Origin: Pseudomonadota bacterium
Lineage (GTDB): Bacteria > Pseudomonadota > Gammaproteobacteria > Burkholderiales > Burkholderiaceae_C
NCBI GenBank assembly: GCA_041183605.1
Contig: JBEGLK010000001.1
Span: forward strand, 1-40,809
DNA length: 40,809 nucleotides
Reading direction: 5' to 3'
This document shows positions 1 to 9,243 of the stretch, one piece after another (the stretch's first letter is position 1; each line of letters starts with the position of its first letter). Under the pieces are notes generated by a model, which was given only the letters and a program-made list of their open reading frames with translations, did not search any database and was not told where the DNA came from. Position numbers and translations under genes: made by a program.

Positions 1-261
1 ATGGGTGAGCAGCAGCCGCATCTTCGGTAGCTGCTGGCGCAATGCCGTCACCAATACGGCGGCAGCGCGTGTTTCGCCCAAAGACACAGCGTGCAACCAG
101 ACCGTGGGACCTTCATGCGCTGGCAGCGATTGCGTGTAGTAACCAAAGCGTTCGTCAATGCATTGTCCGTAGCCTGGCTCCTTCAGGCTGCGGCGTTGCA
201 ACTTGCGCTTGAGCAATGGTTGCGCAAGCCACATAAGCCATGAGTAAAGCCAGCGAATCAT
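1..261 (-). CDS. waaA: 3-deoxy-D-manno-octulosonic acid (Kdo) transferase, 5' part (runs off window start)
   Basis: Manual translation from ATG at 261 (ATGA overlap with waaC stop): MIRWLYSWLMWLAQP...ERFG...VWLHAVSLGETRAA...LLLTH, the WaaA/KdtA N-terminal signature. Not in the ORF track because it is truncated. Confidence 0.92.
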   Translation of the reverse strand, partial: MIRWLYSWLMWLAQPLLKRKLQRRSLKEPGYGQCIDERFGYYTQSLPAHEGPTVWLHAVSLGETRAAAVLVTALRQQLPKMRLLLTH

Positions 262-1271
262 GGGTGGATCACTTTGGACAGAACCGCCTGCCACGCCTGC
301 CATACGGCCTCGACGGAAGGCGTGGGCTGGGCGAACACGCTGCATTGACGTGGTGACCCAGCCAATGGGCCTGTGCGCCAAGCCGTGTCGAAGTTGTAGA
401 TCTGCACATGGGGCAGGTCCAGCGCCACCGCAATGTGGCTCAGACCGCTGTCAACCCCGATCACACCGCTGCAGGTGGCCAGCGCATCGGTGAGCGCATC
501 GAGCGCCAAGGCCGGCCACACCTGCGCGTACGCCAAACCCTGTGCGATGTCTTGTGCCGTTTGCCGCTCGGCCGGACTGCCGTGCGGCAACACCACGCCA
601 AAACCGGCCTCGTTGAGCCGCTGCGCCAGATCGCGCCAATGCGCGAGCGGCCACTGCTTGTCTGCCCGCGAGGTGCCGTGAACCAGTGCAACAGTGCCTC
701 GCAAATCCGGCTGAACTGCCAAATTTTTGCCGCCAAGCTCGGCCTGCAACGCCTGCGCCATCAAACCATACCTCAGTTCAACCGGCAGCTCGTAATGCAA
801 GGCTTGCGCACACAGCAGCCGTGATCGGGTCACGGCATGGCTGCGTGATGGCAAGGTGATGGCCTGATGCGCCACCCAGCGCGCTGGCGCCTCGAAGCTG
901 GAACCTTCGGTTTGATTGGCCAGGCCATAACGCTTGCCACCCGGGCTTAAACGGGCCAGCCAGGCAACCAGCGCAGATTTGCTCAAACCCTGCACATCAA
1001 TGACCGCGTCGTAGGCTTCCTGTTGCAGCTCGGCTTTAAAGACACCCCAGGCACGGCGTGTTTCAGGGCTGAATGGCGCTTTGCGCCAGCGTCGCAGGTC
1101 ACTTGCGATGACACGGCGCACACCTTGGCAACGCTTCACCAGCGGGGCAAAGCCACGTTCCACCACCCAGTCGATTTGCGCCTCCGGCAGCGCGCGCAGG
1201 ATGTCGTGCACAGCCGGCATGGCATGCACCACGTCGCCAAGCGATGACAGCTTGACGATCAAAATCTTCAA
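258..1271 (-). CDS. waaC: Lipopolysaccharide heptosyltransferase I (GT9)
   Basis: MKILIVKLSSLGDVVH, DVQGLSKSA and GVDSGLSHIA motifs; TTG start overlapping the upstream stop; adjacent to waaA. Confidence 0.92.
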   Translation of the reverse strand: MKILIVKLSSLGDVVHAMPAVHDILRALPEAQIDWVVERGFAPLVKRCQGVRRVIASDLRRWRKAPFSPETRRAWGVFKAELQQEAYDAVIDVQGLSKSALVAWLARLSPGGKRYGLANQTEGSSFEAPARWVAHQAITLPSRSHAVTRSRLLCAQALHYELPVELRYGLMAQALQAELGGKNLAVQPDLRGTVALVHGTSRADKQWPLAHWRDLAQRLNEAGFGVVLPHGSPAERQTAQDIAQGLAYAQVWPALALDALTDALATCSGVIGVDSGLSHIAVALDLPHVQIYNFDTAWRTGPLAGSPRQCSVFAQPTPSVEAVWQAWQAVLSKVIHP

Positions 1272-2650
1272 TGCGCTGCCTCGTCGGTGACGGCACCGGG
1301 CAACACCTGGTGCAGCAACGCCATCATGTCGGACTGGATACGCGCCAAGGCCTCGGGCGTGTGACCCTCAAAACGCAGTACCAGCACCGGCGTGGTATTG
1401 GACGCACGAATGAGTCCAAAACCATCGGGCCAGTCGACCCGCAAGCCGTCAATGGTGTTGAGTATGGCGGGCGCAGGGAAGTTGACGGCCGCCACCAATT
1501 GCGCCACCAACAGCGGCGGCTGACCCTCGGCACATTTCACATTGAGTTCAGGCGTTGAAAAACTGCTGGGCAAGGCGTTGAGCACCGCATTGGCATCGGG
1601 TGACTGGCTCAGGATTTCCAGCAATCGGCAACCAGCGTAAGTGCCATCGTCAAAGCCGTACCAGCGTTCCTTGAAGAAGATGTGGCCACTCATCTCGCCA
1701 CCCAGCGGCGAATCGATCTCTTTCATCTTGGCCTTGATCAGCGAGTGGCCGGTCTTGAACATCATGGGCACACCACCAGCCGCCGAGATGGCTGGCGCCA
1801 AACGCTGCGAACACTTCACGTCAAACAAGATGGTGCCGCCCGGTGCGCGTTGCAAAACATCGCGGGCAAACAGCATCATCTGGCGATCGGGGTAAATGGT
1901 GTTGCCTTCTTTGGTGACGATGCCCAAGCGGTCACCGTCGCCATCAAAGGCCAGGCCCAGCTCGGCTTCACCACTGTTGAGCGCAGCCATCAGGTCACGC
2001 AGATTTTCGGGTTTGCTCGGATCGGGATGGTGGTTGGGGAAATTGCCATCCACTTCACTGAACAACTCGGTCACCTCGCAGCCAATGGCGCGCAAAATGC
2101 CGGGCGCAGAGGCGCCGGCAATGCCATTGCCGCAGTCGACCACGATTTTCATGCGCCGCGCCAATTTGATGTCGCCCACAATGCGCGCCTGGTAAGCGGC
2201 CAGCACGTCAACCTGGCGAATCTGGCCGCCTGCGCGCAGTTCCCAGGTTTCGCTTTCCATCATGCGGCGTAGTGCCTGAATCTCGTCACCATAAATGGCA
2301 CGCCCGGCAAGCACCATCTTGAAACCGTTGTAGTCCTTCGGGTTGTGGCTGCCCGTGACCTGAATGCCGGAGGCAGCCAGTGTGTTGGAAGCAAAATAAA
2401 GCATGGGGGTAGTGGCCAGGCCGATGTCAATCACTTCGACACCCGCGGCCGCAAGGCCGCGCATCAGGGCAGAACTGAGGTCCGGGCCACTCAAGCGGCC
2501 ATCGCGGCCCACAGCCACCACGAACTGCCCTTCGCGCAGCGCCACCGTGCCAAAGGCGCGTCCCAGAGCTTCGGCCACCGAAGTATCAATGGCGCTGGGC
2601 ACGATGCCACGTATGTCATAGGCTTTGAATATGGACGATATCAACTGCAT
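1268..2650 (-). CDS. Phosphomannomutase/phosphoglucomutase (AlgC-like)
   Basis: IFKAYDIRG N-terminus, TGSHNP phosphoserine loop, FDGDGDR metal loop, GEMSGH, RASNT. Start trimmed to MQLISS (2650). Confidence 0.93.
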   Translation of the reverse strand: MQLISSIFKAYDIRGIVPSAIDTSVAEALGRAFGTVALREGQFVVAVGRDGRLSGPDLSSALMRGLAAAGVEVIDIGLATTPMLYFASNTLAASGIQVTGSHNPKDYNGFKMVLAGRAIYGDEIQALRRMMESETWELRAGGQIRQVDVLAAYQARIVGDIKLARRMKIVVDCGNGIAGASAPGILRAIGCEVTELFSEVDGNFPNHHPDPSKPENLRDLMAALNSGEAELGLAFDGDGDRLGIVTKEGNTIYPDRQMMLFARDVLQRAPGGTILFDVKCSQRLAPAISAAGGVPMMFKTGHSLIKAKMKEIDSPLGGEMSGHIFFKERWYGFDDGTYAGCRLLEILSQSPDANAVLNALPSSFSTPELNVKCAEGQPPLLVAQLVAAVNFPAPAILNTIDGLRVDWPDGFGLIRASNTTPVLVLRFEGHTPEALARIQSDMMALLHQVLPGAVTDEAAH

Positions 2651-2799
2651 GGCTTTTCCCTGTCGGTATTTTTTGGATGAATATGGGTGAATCGTGCTTT
2701 GAATTGTAGGCGGCACGCCACCCGTTACGAGACCATGAAGTCCACTTGGATCAGGGACTGGGCTTATCATGCGAAAGTCTGAATTTGTTTGAGGACACC

Positions 2800-3294
2800 A
2801 TGAAAAAACACGTTGATCCCATCACCTCCACGTTTGACAGTCCGCTCGGACGCATGCGCCTGGCTGCCAGTCCACAAGGCTTGTGCGGTGTCTGGTTCGA
2901 AGGCCAGCGCCACCAGCCGGACCCAAGCGCCTGGCAGACTGCACCGGAGCACCCGCTGCTGCAACAGGTCATGCTGCAATTGACGCAGTACTTTAAAGGG
3001 CAGCGGCGGCAGTTTGAGATCAAACTCGACTTGAGTGCCGGCACGCCCTTTCAGCGGTCCGTCTGGCAGGCATTGCTGGGGCTGGACTTCGGACAGACCT
3101 GCAGCTACGGCGCTTTGAGTGGCCAAATCGGACGCCCGACAGCAGCGCGCGCCGTCAGTGGTGCGGTGGCACGCAACCCCTTGAGCATCATCGTGCCTTG
3201 CCACCGCGTGCTTGGCGCCAACGGCGCGCTGACCGGCTATGCAGGCGGGCTTGAGCGCAAGGCGGCATTACTGAAACTGGAAGCACAACATTGA
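2800..3294 (+). CDS. ogt: Methylated-DNA--protein-cysteine methyltransferase
   Basis: IIVPCHRV active site, GTPFQ and GYAGG motifs; GAGG RBS before ATG at 2800. Confidence 0.9.
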   Translation: MKKHVDPITSTFDSPLGRMRLAASPQGLCGVWFEGQRHQPDPSAWQTAPEHPLLQQVMLQLTQYFKGQRRQFEIKLDLSAGTPFQRSVWQALLGLDFGQTCSYGALSGQIGRPTAARAVSGAVARNPLSIIVPCHRVLGANGALTGYAGGLERKAALLKLEAQH

Positions 3295-4208
3295 ACTCAT
3301 CCCCACCCCCCAAAGCCTGGCTGGCAGAGTTTGTCTTGCTCGGTGCCCTTTGGGGTGCGTCTTTTCTGTTTGCCCTGCTTGGCGCCGCTGAATTTGGTGC
3401 CTTGCCCACCGCTGGCCTACGCGTGGGTATTGCTGCCCTGGTCCTGCTGCCCTTGCTTGTGCTGCGTGGCCAGTGGTCCGCACTGACCAAACACTGGAAA
3501 AAAATTCTTGTTCTGGGCCTTCTCAATTCGGCTATACCCTTTTCGCTGTATGCCTATGCCTTGTTGTCTATCAGTTCAGGCCTGTCATCCCTGCTCAATG
3601 CGACCGTGCCGCTGTTTGGCGCGCTGGTGGCATGGCTTTGGCTTAGGGACCGCCCGAAAGGCATGAAGATTTTGGGCCTGTTGATTGGTTTTGCCGGCGT
3701 GGCCATGCTGGCCTGGGGCAAGGCAAGTTTCAAGCCTGATGCTTCCGGACTGGTGACAGGCTGGGCGGTGCTGGCCTGCCTGGGTGCCTGCCTGTGTTAC
3801 GGCATCTCTGCCAGTTTTACCAAACGTCATCTCGGAGGCGTGCCACCACTCACAGCAGCTACCGGCAGCCAGATTTTTGCTGCCATTTGCCTGGCGCTGC
3901 CCACTATGTGGTTGTGGCCCGGAAAGCAGCCGGGCACCGCCGCCTGGCTGGCCGTTCTGGCCCTAGGTGTGTTGTGCACCGGTGTGGCCTATGTGCTGTA
4001 TTTCCGCTTGATTGACAAAGTTGGCGCTGCTGGCTCACTGACGGTCACCTTCCTGATCCCTGTTTTTGCAGTTTTCTATGGCGTGGTGTTTTTGGGTGAA
4101 GCTGTAACCGCCTGGATGCTGCTGTGTGGCGCCATTATTTTGCTGGGTACCGCCTTGTCCATGGGCCTCCTCGAACGACTACGGGCAAGGTTACCGGGCC
4201 GCCAATAA
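3291..4208 (+). CDS. DMT/EamA-family transporter
   Basis: About 10 hydrophobic segments, LWGASF and LNATVPLF motifs; overlaps the ogt stop. Confidence 0.85.
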   Translation: MNSSPPPKAWLAEFVLLGALWGASFLFALLGAAEFGALPTAGLRVGIAALVLLPLLVLRGQWSALTKHWKKILVLGLLNSAIPFSLYAYALLSISSGLSSLLNATVPLFGALVAWLWLRDRPKGMKILGLLIGFAGVAMLAWGKASFKPDASGLVTGWAVLACLGACLCYGISASFTKRHLGGVPPLTAATGSQIFAAICLALPTMWLWPGKQPGTAAWLAVLALGVLCTGVAYVLYFRLIDKVGAAGSLTVTFLIPVFAVFYGVVFLGEAVTAWMLLCGAIILLGTALSMGLLERLRARLPGRQ

Positions 4209-4209
4209 G

Positions 4210-5076
4210 TCAGAGCTTGAGGGTTCGCTTCTCGATGTCCAGAAGCTGTTGCAGTCCGACGGTCTCCTGCACTTTCTGCATTTCGGCCATCAACACACCG
4301 AGCTTGTCCGTGTCTGGATGGCTACCCGCGAGCCAACTGTATGTTTCTCGCATGGCCGCATGGGCCGCATAAAGTGCCGCACCGCCTTCCGCGAACAGTC
4401 GATAGCCCAAGCTGGCGAGTTCCTCGACTGACATGCCGAGGGACTGGTGATTGAAGCCAGCACCGCAGGAAAGCATGAGCTTGGGTCCGAAGGTTTTGCC
4501 AATCGTGACCGTGTCCTCCAGATTTCTGGGAAGAAAGAACAGCAAATCAGCACCTGCCCGCAACATGGCCTCACCGCGCCTCAAGGTGGCATCCAGGCCT
4601 TCGCTCTGGATGGCGTTGGTGCGCCCAATGATGAGAAAGTCATCGTCCCTGCGCGCGCCAGCCGCCTCCTCAATTTTTGCAACCATGAGTTCTGCCGGAA
4701 TGACATGGTCCAGCCCGACATGGTGATGGGCACGCTTGGGTAACACCTGATCCTCGATTTCGATGGCGGCAAACCCGACCTGCTCAGCCAAGCGCACGGT
4801 GCGCCCGACATGCATCGGATCACCATAACCGGCTGCAGCGTCCATGATGAGAGGAAGGTCACATGCCACCATGATGTCGACACCAGCGGCAAGTACATCA
4901 TGCAGGCTAAGATTGGCCTCCAGCGCGCATTTCAAGTAACCCAGTGCACCGCCACCCAGATAAAGTGCCTTGAAACCTGCCTGCTGGGCCAGCCGTGCCG
5001 AGAGCGGGCTGAACGCCGCCGCGGCAAGGACCGGCCCCTGCGCCAGCATGTTTTTGAGCTTGGCACCGGCACTCAT
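4210..5076 (-). CDS. Isocitrate lyase/PEP mutase superfamily enzyme (atypical loop KRAHH)
   Basis: SARLAQQAGFKALYLGG, MDAAAGYG, IEDQVLPKRAHH, IIGRTN and AGAD motifs. Start set at MSAGAK (5076), TGATG-coupled to the upstream gene. Confidence 0.85.
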   Translation of the reverse strand: MSAGAKLKNMLAQGPVLAAAAFSPLSARLAQQAGFKALYLGGGALGYLKCALEANLSLHDVLAAGVDIMVACDLPLIMDAAAGYGDPMHVGRTVRLAEQVGFAAIEIEDQVLPKRAHHHVGLDHVIPAELMVAKIEEAAGARRDDDFLIIGRTNAIQSEGLDATLRRGEAMLRAGADLLFFLPRNLEDTVTIGKTFGPKLMLSCGAGFNHQSLGMSVEELASLGYRLFAEGGAALYAAHAAMRETYSWLAGSHPDTDKLGVLMAEMQKVQETVGLQQLLDIEKRTLKL

Positions 5077-5693
5077 CACGACGCCTCTGTAGCCGAAACG
5101 ACAGACCCGGCAGCTGACTGTTGCGGCTGGCTTGGCGACTCCTGTGTCGGTTTGCTGTCGCCATGCTCCTCGCGCACATGAGGACGATGGTCTTGCCAAC
5201 CGATACAGGTGTTGATCATGGGTGGCTTGGGCCGTTCGGCGGCAGGCAGCAGGTTGATGCGATCACGCTTGGCCGGGTAGGTGGCCTGCACCAGCACCGT
5301 GGCCATCTGCGGCAGCACCTGCTGCGCGTGCCAACAGTTGTCGGCGCTGCCAATGCGCTCGCTGACGGCCTTCATAAAGCCACTGGCCATCTTGATTCCG
5401 TTCAGGTTGAAACGGGTCTCGACTTCCTGGCAGTAATGGTAGGGTTTTCCGTCCATGGCGACTTCGGTTTCTCGAATGATCGCCTCCTCATCCACTGCGA
5501 GGCGAACCAGGATCCGGTGAATCGCTTCACCTGCTACAACGTTCGGGCGTTCATTACAGAGCATGAAATCGAACGGTTTCGTGTCAACCAGGGTCGCCTC
5601 GATATCGATCAGACCGTCATCACGCTCAAAGGCGTCAATCGTGATCTGTCTCTGGTGCAACGGGGTCCGGTTCCTGGGTTCACTGAGCGGCAA
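5076..5693 (-). CDS. DUF2889-like protein
   Basis: PLSEP..R.PLHQRQI..DAFERDDGLIDIEATLVDTK N-terminus and Cys motifs PYHYC, NCWH, NTC fit DUF2889 as I recall it; probable TTG start 7 nt after GGAG. Confidence 0.75.
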   Translation of the reverse strand: MPLSEPRNRTPLHQRQITIDAFERDDGLIDIEATLVDTKPFDFMLCNERPNVVAGEAIHRILVRLAVDEEAIIRETEVAMDGKPYHYCQEVETRFNLNGIKMASGFMKAVSERIGSADNCWHAQQVLPQMATVLVQATYPAKRDRINLLPAAERPKPPMINTCIGWQDHRPHVREEHGDSKPTQESPSQPQQSAAGSVVSATEAS

Positions 5694-5726
5694 TTTCACA
5701 CTCCAAGGGTGTCTACACAACTGTCT

Positions 5727-6764
5727 TTAATTGAACTGCGTGACAACGAAGGTGCCCGTCGTGGCTGACTTCGTCATACCCTCAAAAATCGACTCCACCT
5801 GGGACAGCGAAATCTCGCCGCTCACCATCTTGCCAGGGGTGAGTTGTTTATTGACGATCATCGGAATCATCGAGGCATAACGATGCGGCGCCATGCCGAT
5901 GGAACCGATCATCTTCAGTTCCTTGTACACCATCATGTCGACGGGCAAGCTGATGTAGCCGGCTTCGTTCTTGGTGGTGATGCCGATCTGCAGATGGCGC
6001 CCGCTCTTGGCCAGGCTCAGCATGGCGTTGACGCAGGTCTCGGCAATACCCAGCGCGTCGACGGCCACATCCGCCCCACCCTTGGTGATGTCCATGACGG
6101 CTTCGACCGGTTTGGTCTCCCGGCTGTTGACGACAAAGCTGGCACCCATGACCTTGGCCAGCGCCAGATTGGCCGGATTGACGTCCACACCAATCACCCG
6201 GCAACCCAAAGACGAGGCAATATTGATGGCTGACAAGCCGATGCCGCCACAACCATAAACAACAACCCATTCACCTGCGCGAATCTCAGCGCGGTCCACC
6301 AGACCATGAAATGAGGTCATGAAGCGGCAACCGAGGGCTGCACCTTCGGTAAAGCTGACTTCGTCGGGCAAGGGCACGAGGTTGCGATCAGCCAACGCCA
6401 CACCCACGTATTCGCCAAAACCACCAGAATAAGTTTTGCCCGGAATGATCGGGTTGTCGCACAGGTGCGCAGAACCGCGCTGGCAGTGAACGCAGGTGCC
6501 GTCGCTGCCAGAGAAAGGTACCACCACGCGGTCGCCTTTCTTGAAGCGGGTGACGCCGGGCATGACTTCTTCCACGATACCGACCATTTCATGGCCAATG
6601 ACCATCGGGTAATCGCGCTTGATGTCGCCCATCCAGGCGTGCCAGTCGCTGCGGCAAACGCCGTTGGCCATCACACGGATCAGTGCCCCGAGCGCGCCGG
6701 GTTTGGCGTCTGGCACCTCGCGAATGGCGAGTTTCTGAATACCCTCTAAGACAAGTGCTTTCAT
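5727..6764 (-). CDS. Zinc-dependent alcohol dehydrogenase (MDR)
   Basis: GVCRSDWH, GHE, LGCRF and GCGGIG Rossmann motifs. Confidence 0.9.
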   Translation of the reverse strand: MKALVLEGIQKLAIREVPDAKPGALGALIRVMANGVCRSDWHAWMGDIKRDYPMVIGHEMVGIVEEVMPGVTRFKKGDRVVVPFSGSDGTCVHCQRGSAHLCDNPIIPGKTYSGGFGEYVGVALADRNLVPLPDEVSFTEGAALGCRFMTSFHGLVDRAEIRAGEWVVVYGCGGIGLSAINIASSLGCRVIGVDVNPANLALAKVMGASFVVNSRETKPVEAVMDITKGGADVAVDALGIAETCVNAMLSLAKSGRHLQIGITTKNEAGYISLPVDMMVYKELKMIGSIGMAPHRYASMIPMIVNKQLTPGKMVSGEISLSQVESIFEGMTKSATTGTFVVTQFN

Positions 6765-6826
6765 GGCATGTTCCTTTTCATTACAGTTTAAATTAGATGG
6801 CTTATGGGCAACTCTGACGTCCGGAG

Positions 6827-7453
6827 TCAGTTAGCCGGCGGCCGTGTCCGTTCGAAGGCTGGTTCGTTACTGGCAAAGGCATCTAGCCAGGCGACCAACC
6901 GCGGATATGTCGGCCGCCATTCCAGCAGCTGGCGTTTGTCGAGAAAACCCAGCGCGCACGCCAGCCCGATCGTGACAACATCGGTCTTGCCAGCATCGGG
7001 AACCGAGGCTTCGAAAGCCGCAAGAGAGCGCATGATCTTGCCACGTTGATAGTTGAGCCAATACTCCGACTGGGCACCCGGTTCATGGTAGCGGCCTTCA
7101 TAGATGATCAGGGCGCCCGCGTCGATGATGCCATCCGCCAGTTTCGCTGCAACCAGCATCGGAATACGTGTCGTGCCGCTCTTAGGCAGCATACGCTGGG
7201 TGCCGGCCACTTCCTGCAGAAATTCCATGATCACGCCGCTGTCATAAACCGCGGTGCCGTCGGCTCGAACCAGACAAGGCACCTTGCCAATCGGGTTCTG
7301 TTGACGCAGTGTGTCGTTAACGTCGGCCGTGTCGGCCGGCATGATCGTGATACGGTCAGACAAGCCGAGTACATCGGCTGTCATGCGCACCTTGCGGCCA
7401 AACGGCGAAGTCAGCGAGGTGCGCAAGACAAATTTTTCAGGTTCAGTAGCCAT
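6827..7453 (-). CDS. Glutathione S-transferase family protein
   Basis: TSPFGRKV, NPIGKVPCL and YDSGVIMEFL motifs; start taken at MATEPE (uncertain). Confidence 0.85.
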   Translation of the reverse strand: MATEPEKFVLRTSLTSPFGRKVRMTADVLGLSDRITIMPADTADVNDTLRQQNPIGKVPCLVRADGTAVYDSGVIMEFLQEVAGTQRMLPKSGTTRIPMLVAAKLADGIIDAGALIIYEGRYHEPGAQSEYWLNYQRGKIMRSLAAFEASVPDAGKTDVVTIGLACALGFLDKRQLLEWRPTYPRLVAWLDAFASNEPAFERTRPPAN

Positions 7454-7500
7454 GATCCCAGGGGGAAATGAATAGACGCCGGATATGTCAGCGTGTCCGT

Positions 7501-8265
7501 TCAATGGAATGAACGACCACCGTCCACAGCCAGTGCCGCGCCAGTCACAAAAGACGAATCGGAACTGGTCAGGAACAAGATAGCTTGTGCAATTTCAAGA
7601 GGCTGTGCCAGGCGTTTGAGCGCATAGTTGCCCACATTGCCTTGAACCCCCTGGGCCATCGGTGTGTCAACCATGCCCGGACAAACACTGTTGGCCCGGA
7701 TCGTGGGTGCCAGTTCAGCCGCCAGCGCCCGTGTCAGGTTGAGCACCCCGCCCTTTGACGCTGCATAGGCGGTTCTTAACGGCGCATTGGCCAACAAGGC
7801 CTGTCCGGATGCGAGGTTCACGATGGTCGCGCTCGGAGCCTGCTTGAGCCAGGGAAGGCAGCTGCGCACCACAATGTAAGCGCCCGTGAGGTTGATGTCC
7901 AGCGAGCGGCGCCACTCGGCAACACTCACGTCCTGGACGGTGCCGCGCACCTGGATTCCGGCGGAGTTAACAACACCGTCAATGCCGCCCATCGCGGCAG
8001 CACCTTGTTCGACCGCACGCGCGACGGATTCTTCGTCGGCTACATCAACCTGAAACACATGGGCACAGGTTTCACGGGCAATTTCCGCCAGACCTGTCGC
8101 GTCACGGTCCAGCAGGGTCAGCGCCGCCCCTTCGGCGGCAAACAGTTGCGCGGTGGCTCGACCGATTCCAGATGCTGCACCTGTGATCACAATGCGACGG
8201 CCGCGTAAACGACCCGTTGCCACAGGTTTGTCCGATACCGTTTCCGAAAAATTCAGTTCGCTCAT
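7501..8265 (-). CDS. Short-chain dehydrogenase/reductase (classical, probably NAD)
   Basis: TGAASGIG, LLDRD, NSAG and YAASK motifs; GGAG RBS upstream of MSELNF. Confidence 0.9.
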   Translation of the reverse strand: MSELNFSETVSDKPVATGRLRGRRIVITGAASGIGRATAQLFAAEGAALTLLDRDATGLAEIARETCAHVFQVDVADEESVARAVEQGAAAMGGIDGVVNSAGIQVRGTVQDVSVAEWRRSLDINLTGAYIVVRSCLPWLKQAPSATIVNLASGQALLANAPLRTAYAASKGGVLNLTRALAAELAPTIRANSVCPGMVDTPMAQGVQGNVGNYALKRLAQPLEIAQAILFLTSSDSSFVTGAALAVDGGRSFH

Positions 8266-8336
8266 CGACAATCTCCGTGTTTTCGATCAAATATCAGTGC
8301 ACTGACACACACAAGCACTGCCCACGGCAGCTTGGC

Positions 8337-9149
8337 TTACTTCCTGGCGGGAGGCGCCGGACGCGGGACCAAAGACATCAGGTTGCTCATGACGCCACCG
8401 TCAACCACCAACTCGGTCCCATTGACGTAAGATGCCAGCGGACTGACAAGATACAACGCCGCATTGGCCATGTCCTCTGGCAAACCGATTCGCCCCATGG
8501 GCACGGCAGCACAACGGCGTTCCATGACACCCGGCAAATCATAAGTGGCTTGCGACATCGGCGTGATGACCAGCGAGGGTGTCACGCAGTTGCTGCGCAC
8601 GCCATAAGAACCCCATTCAATGGCCAGCTGACGCGACAACATACGCACGCCCGCCTTGGTCACACTGTATGCACCAGAGTAAGGGTTGGGATAGTCAGAC
8701 ATGATGGAGGCCAAATGAACCAACACACCATCGCGTTTGTCCAGCATGGCGCGACCAAAGGTCTGGGAACACAGGAAATAACCAGTCAAATTGACGGCTA
8801 TCACCTCATTCCAGTATTCGAGGGGAAGTGACTCCATGGCTCCACGCCGGCTGATGCCAGCACTGTTGACGAGCACCTGAGCATCACCAAAATGAGCGCA
8901 AACAGATGCGCGAGCCGCCTCGACACTTGCGGGGTTCGAGACGTCGCAGTTGAGCGCCAACCCCTTGCCACCCGCTTTGGTAATCAGGCCGAGGGTTTCT
9001 TCGAGGCCGGCGTCATTGCGATCGAGAATCGCCACCGAGGCACCCTGGCCGGCAAAGGCAAGAGCCACACCCTGTCCAATACCGCTGCCACCACCGGTGA
9101 CCACACACACCCGGCCAGCAAGGTCGAACGGGTTCTTGGAATCAATCAC
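8337..9149 (-). CDS. Short-chain dehydrogenase/reductase
   Basis: TGGGSGIG, ILDRN, NSAG, YSVTK and VDGG motifs; GTG start with GAGG RBS. Confidence 0.9.
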   Translation of the reverse strand: MIDSKNPFDLAGRVCVVTGGGSGIGQGVALAFAGQGASVAILDRNDAGLEETLGLITKAGGKGLALNCDVSNPASVEAARASVCAHFGDAQVLVNSAGISRRGAMESLPLEYWNEVIAVNLTGYFLCSQTFGRAMLDKRDGVLVHLASIMSDYPNPYSGAYSVTKAGVRMLSRQLAIEWGSYGVRSNCVTPSLVITPMSQATYDLPGVMERRCAAVPMGRIGLPEDMANAALYLVSPLASYVNGTELVVDGGVMSNLMSLVPRPAPPARK

Positions 9150-9205
9150 AGAATCTTCCTCATATTAAATTTGCTTCATTTCAGCCGGCACCTATGGGCT
9201 AGTGC

Positions 9206-9234
9206 AGGCAGGGCGCCTCAAGGGCGCCCTGCCT
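9206..9234. other. Intergenic 12-bp-stem hairpin (possible RNA stabiliser or attenuator)
   Basis: AGGCAGGGCGCC-TCAAG-GGCGCCCTGCCT, a perfect inverted repeat just 3' of the ABC ATPase stop; no U-tract. Confidence 0.6.
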
Positions 9235-9243
9235 CACAAGAAC

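Noticed and set aside
4100-4300. Search for an att direct repeat of the tRNA-Asp 3' end at the left island edge
   Set aside because: No TGGCGGAGCGG-like copy was seen by eye and there is no integrase, so no mobile element is called.
4210-5076. Possible phosphonate biosynthesis cluster (PEP mutase)
   Set aside because: It lacks the EDK-x5-NS PepM motif, and no phosphonopyruvate decarboxylase or related genes are nearby.
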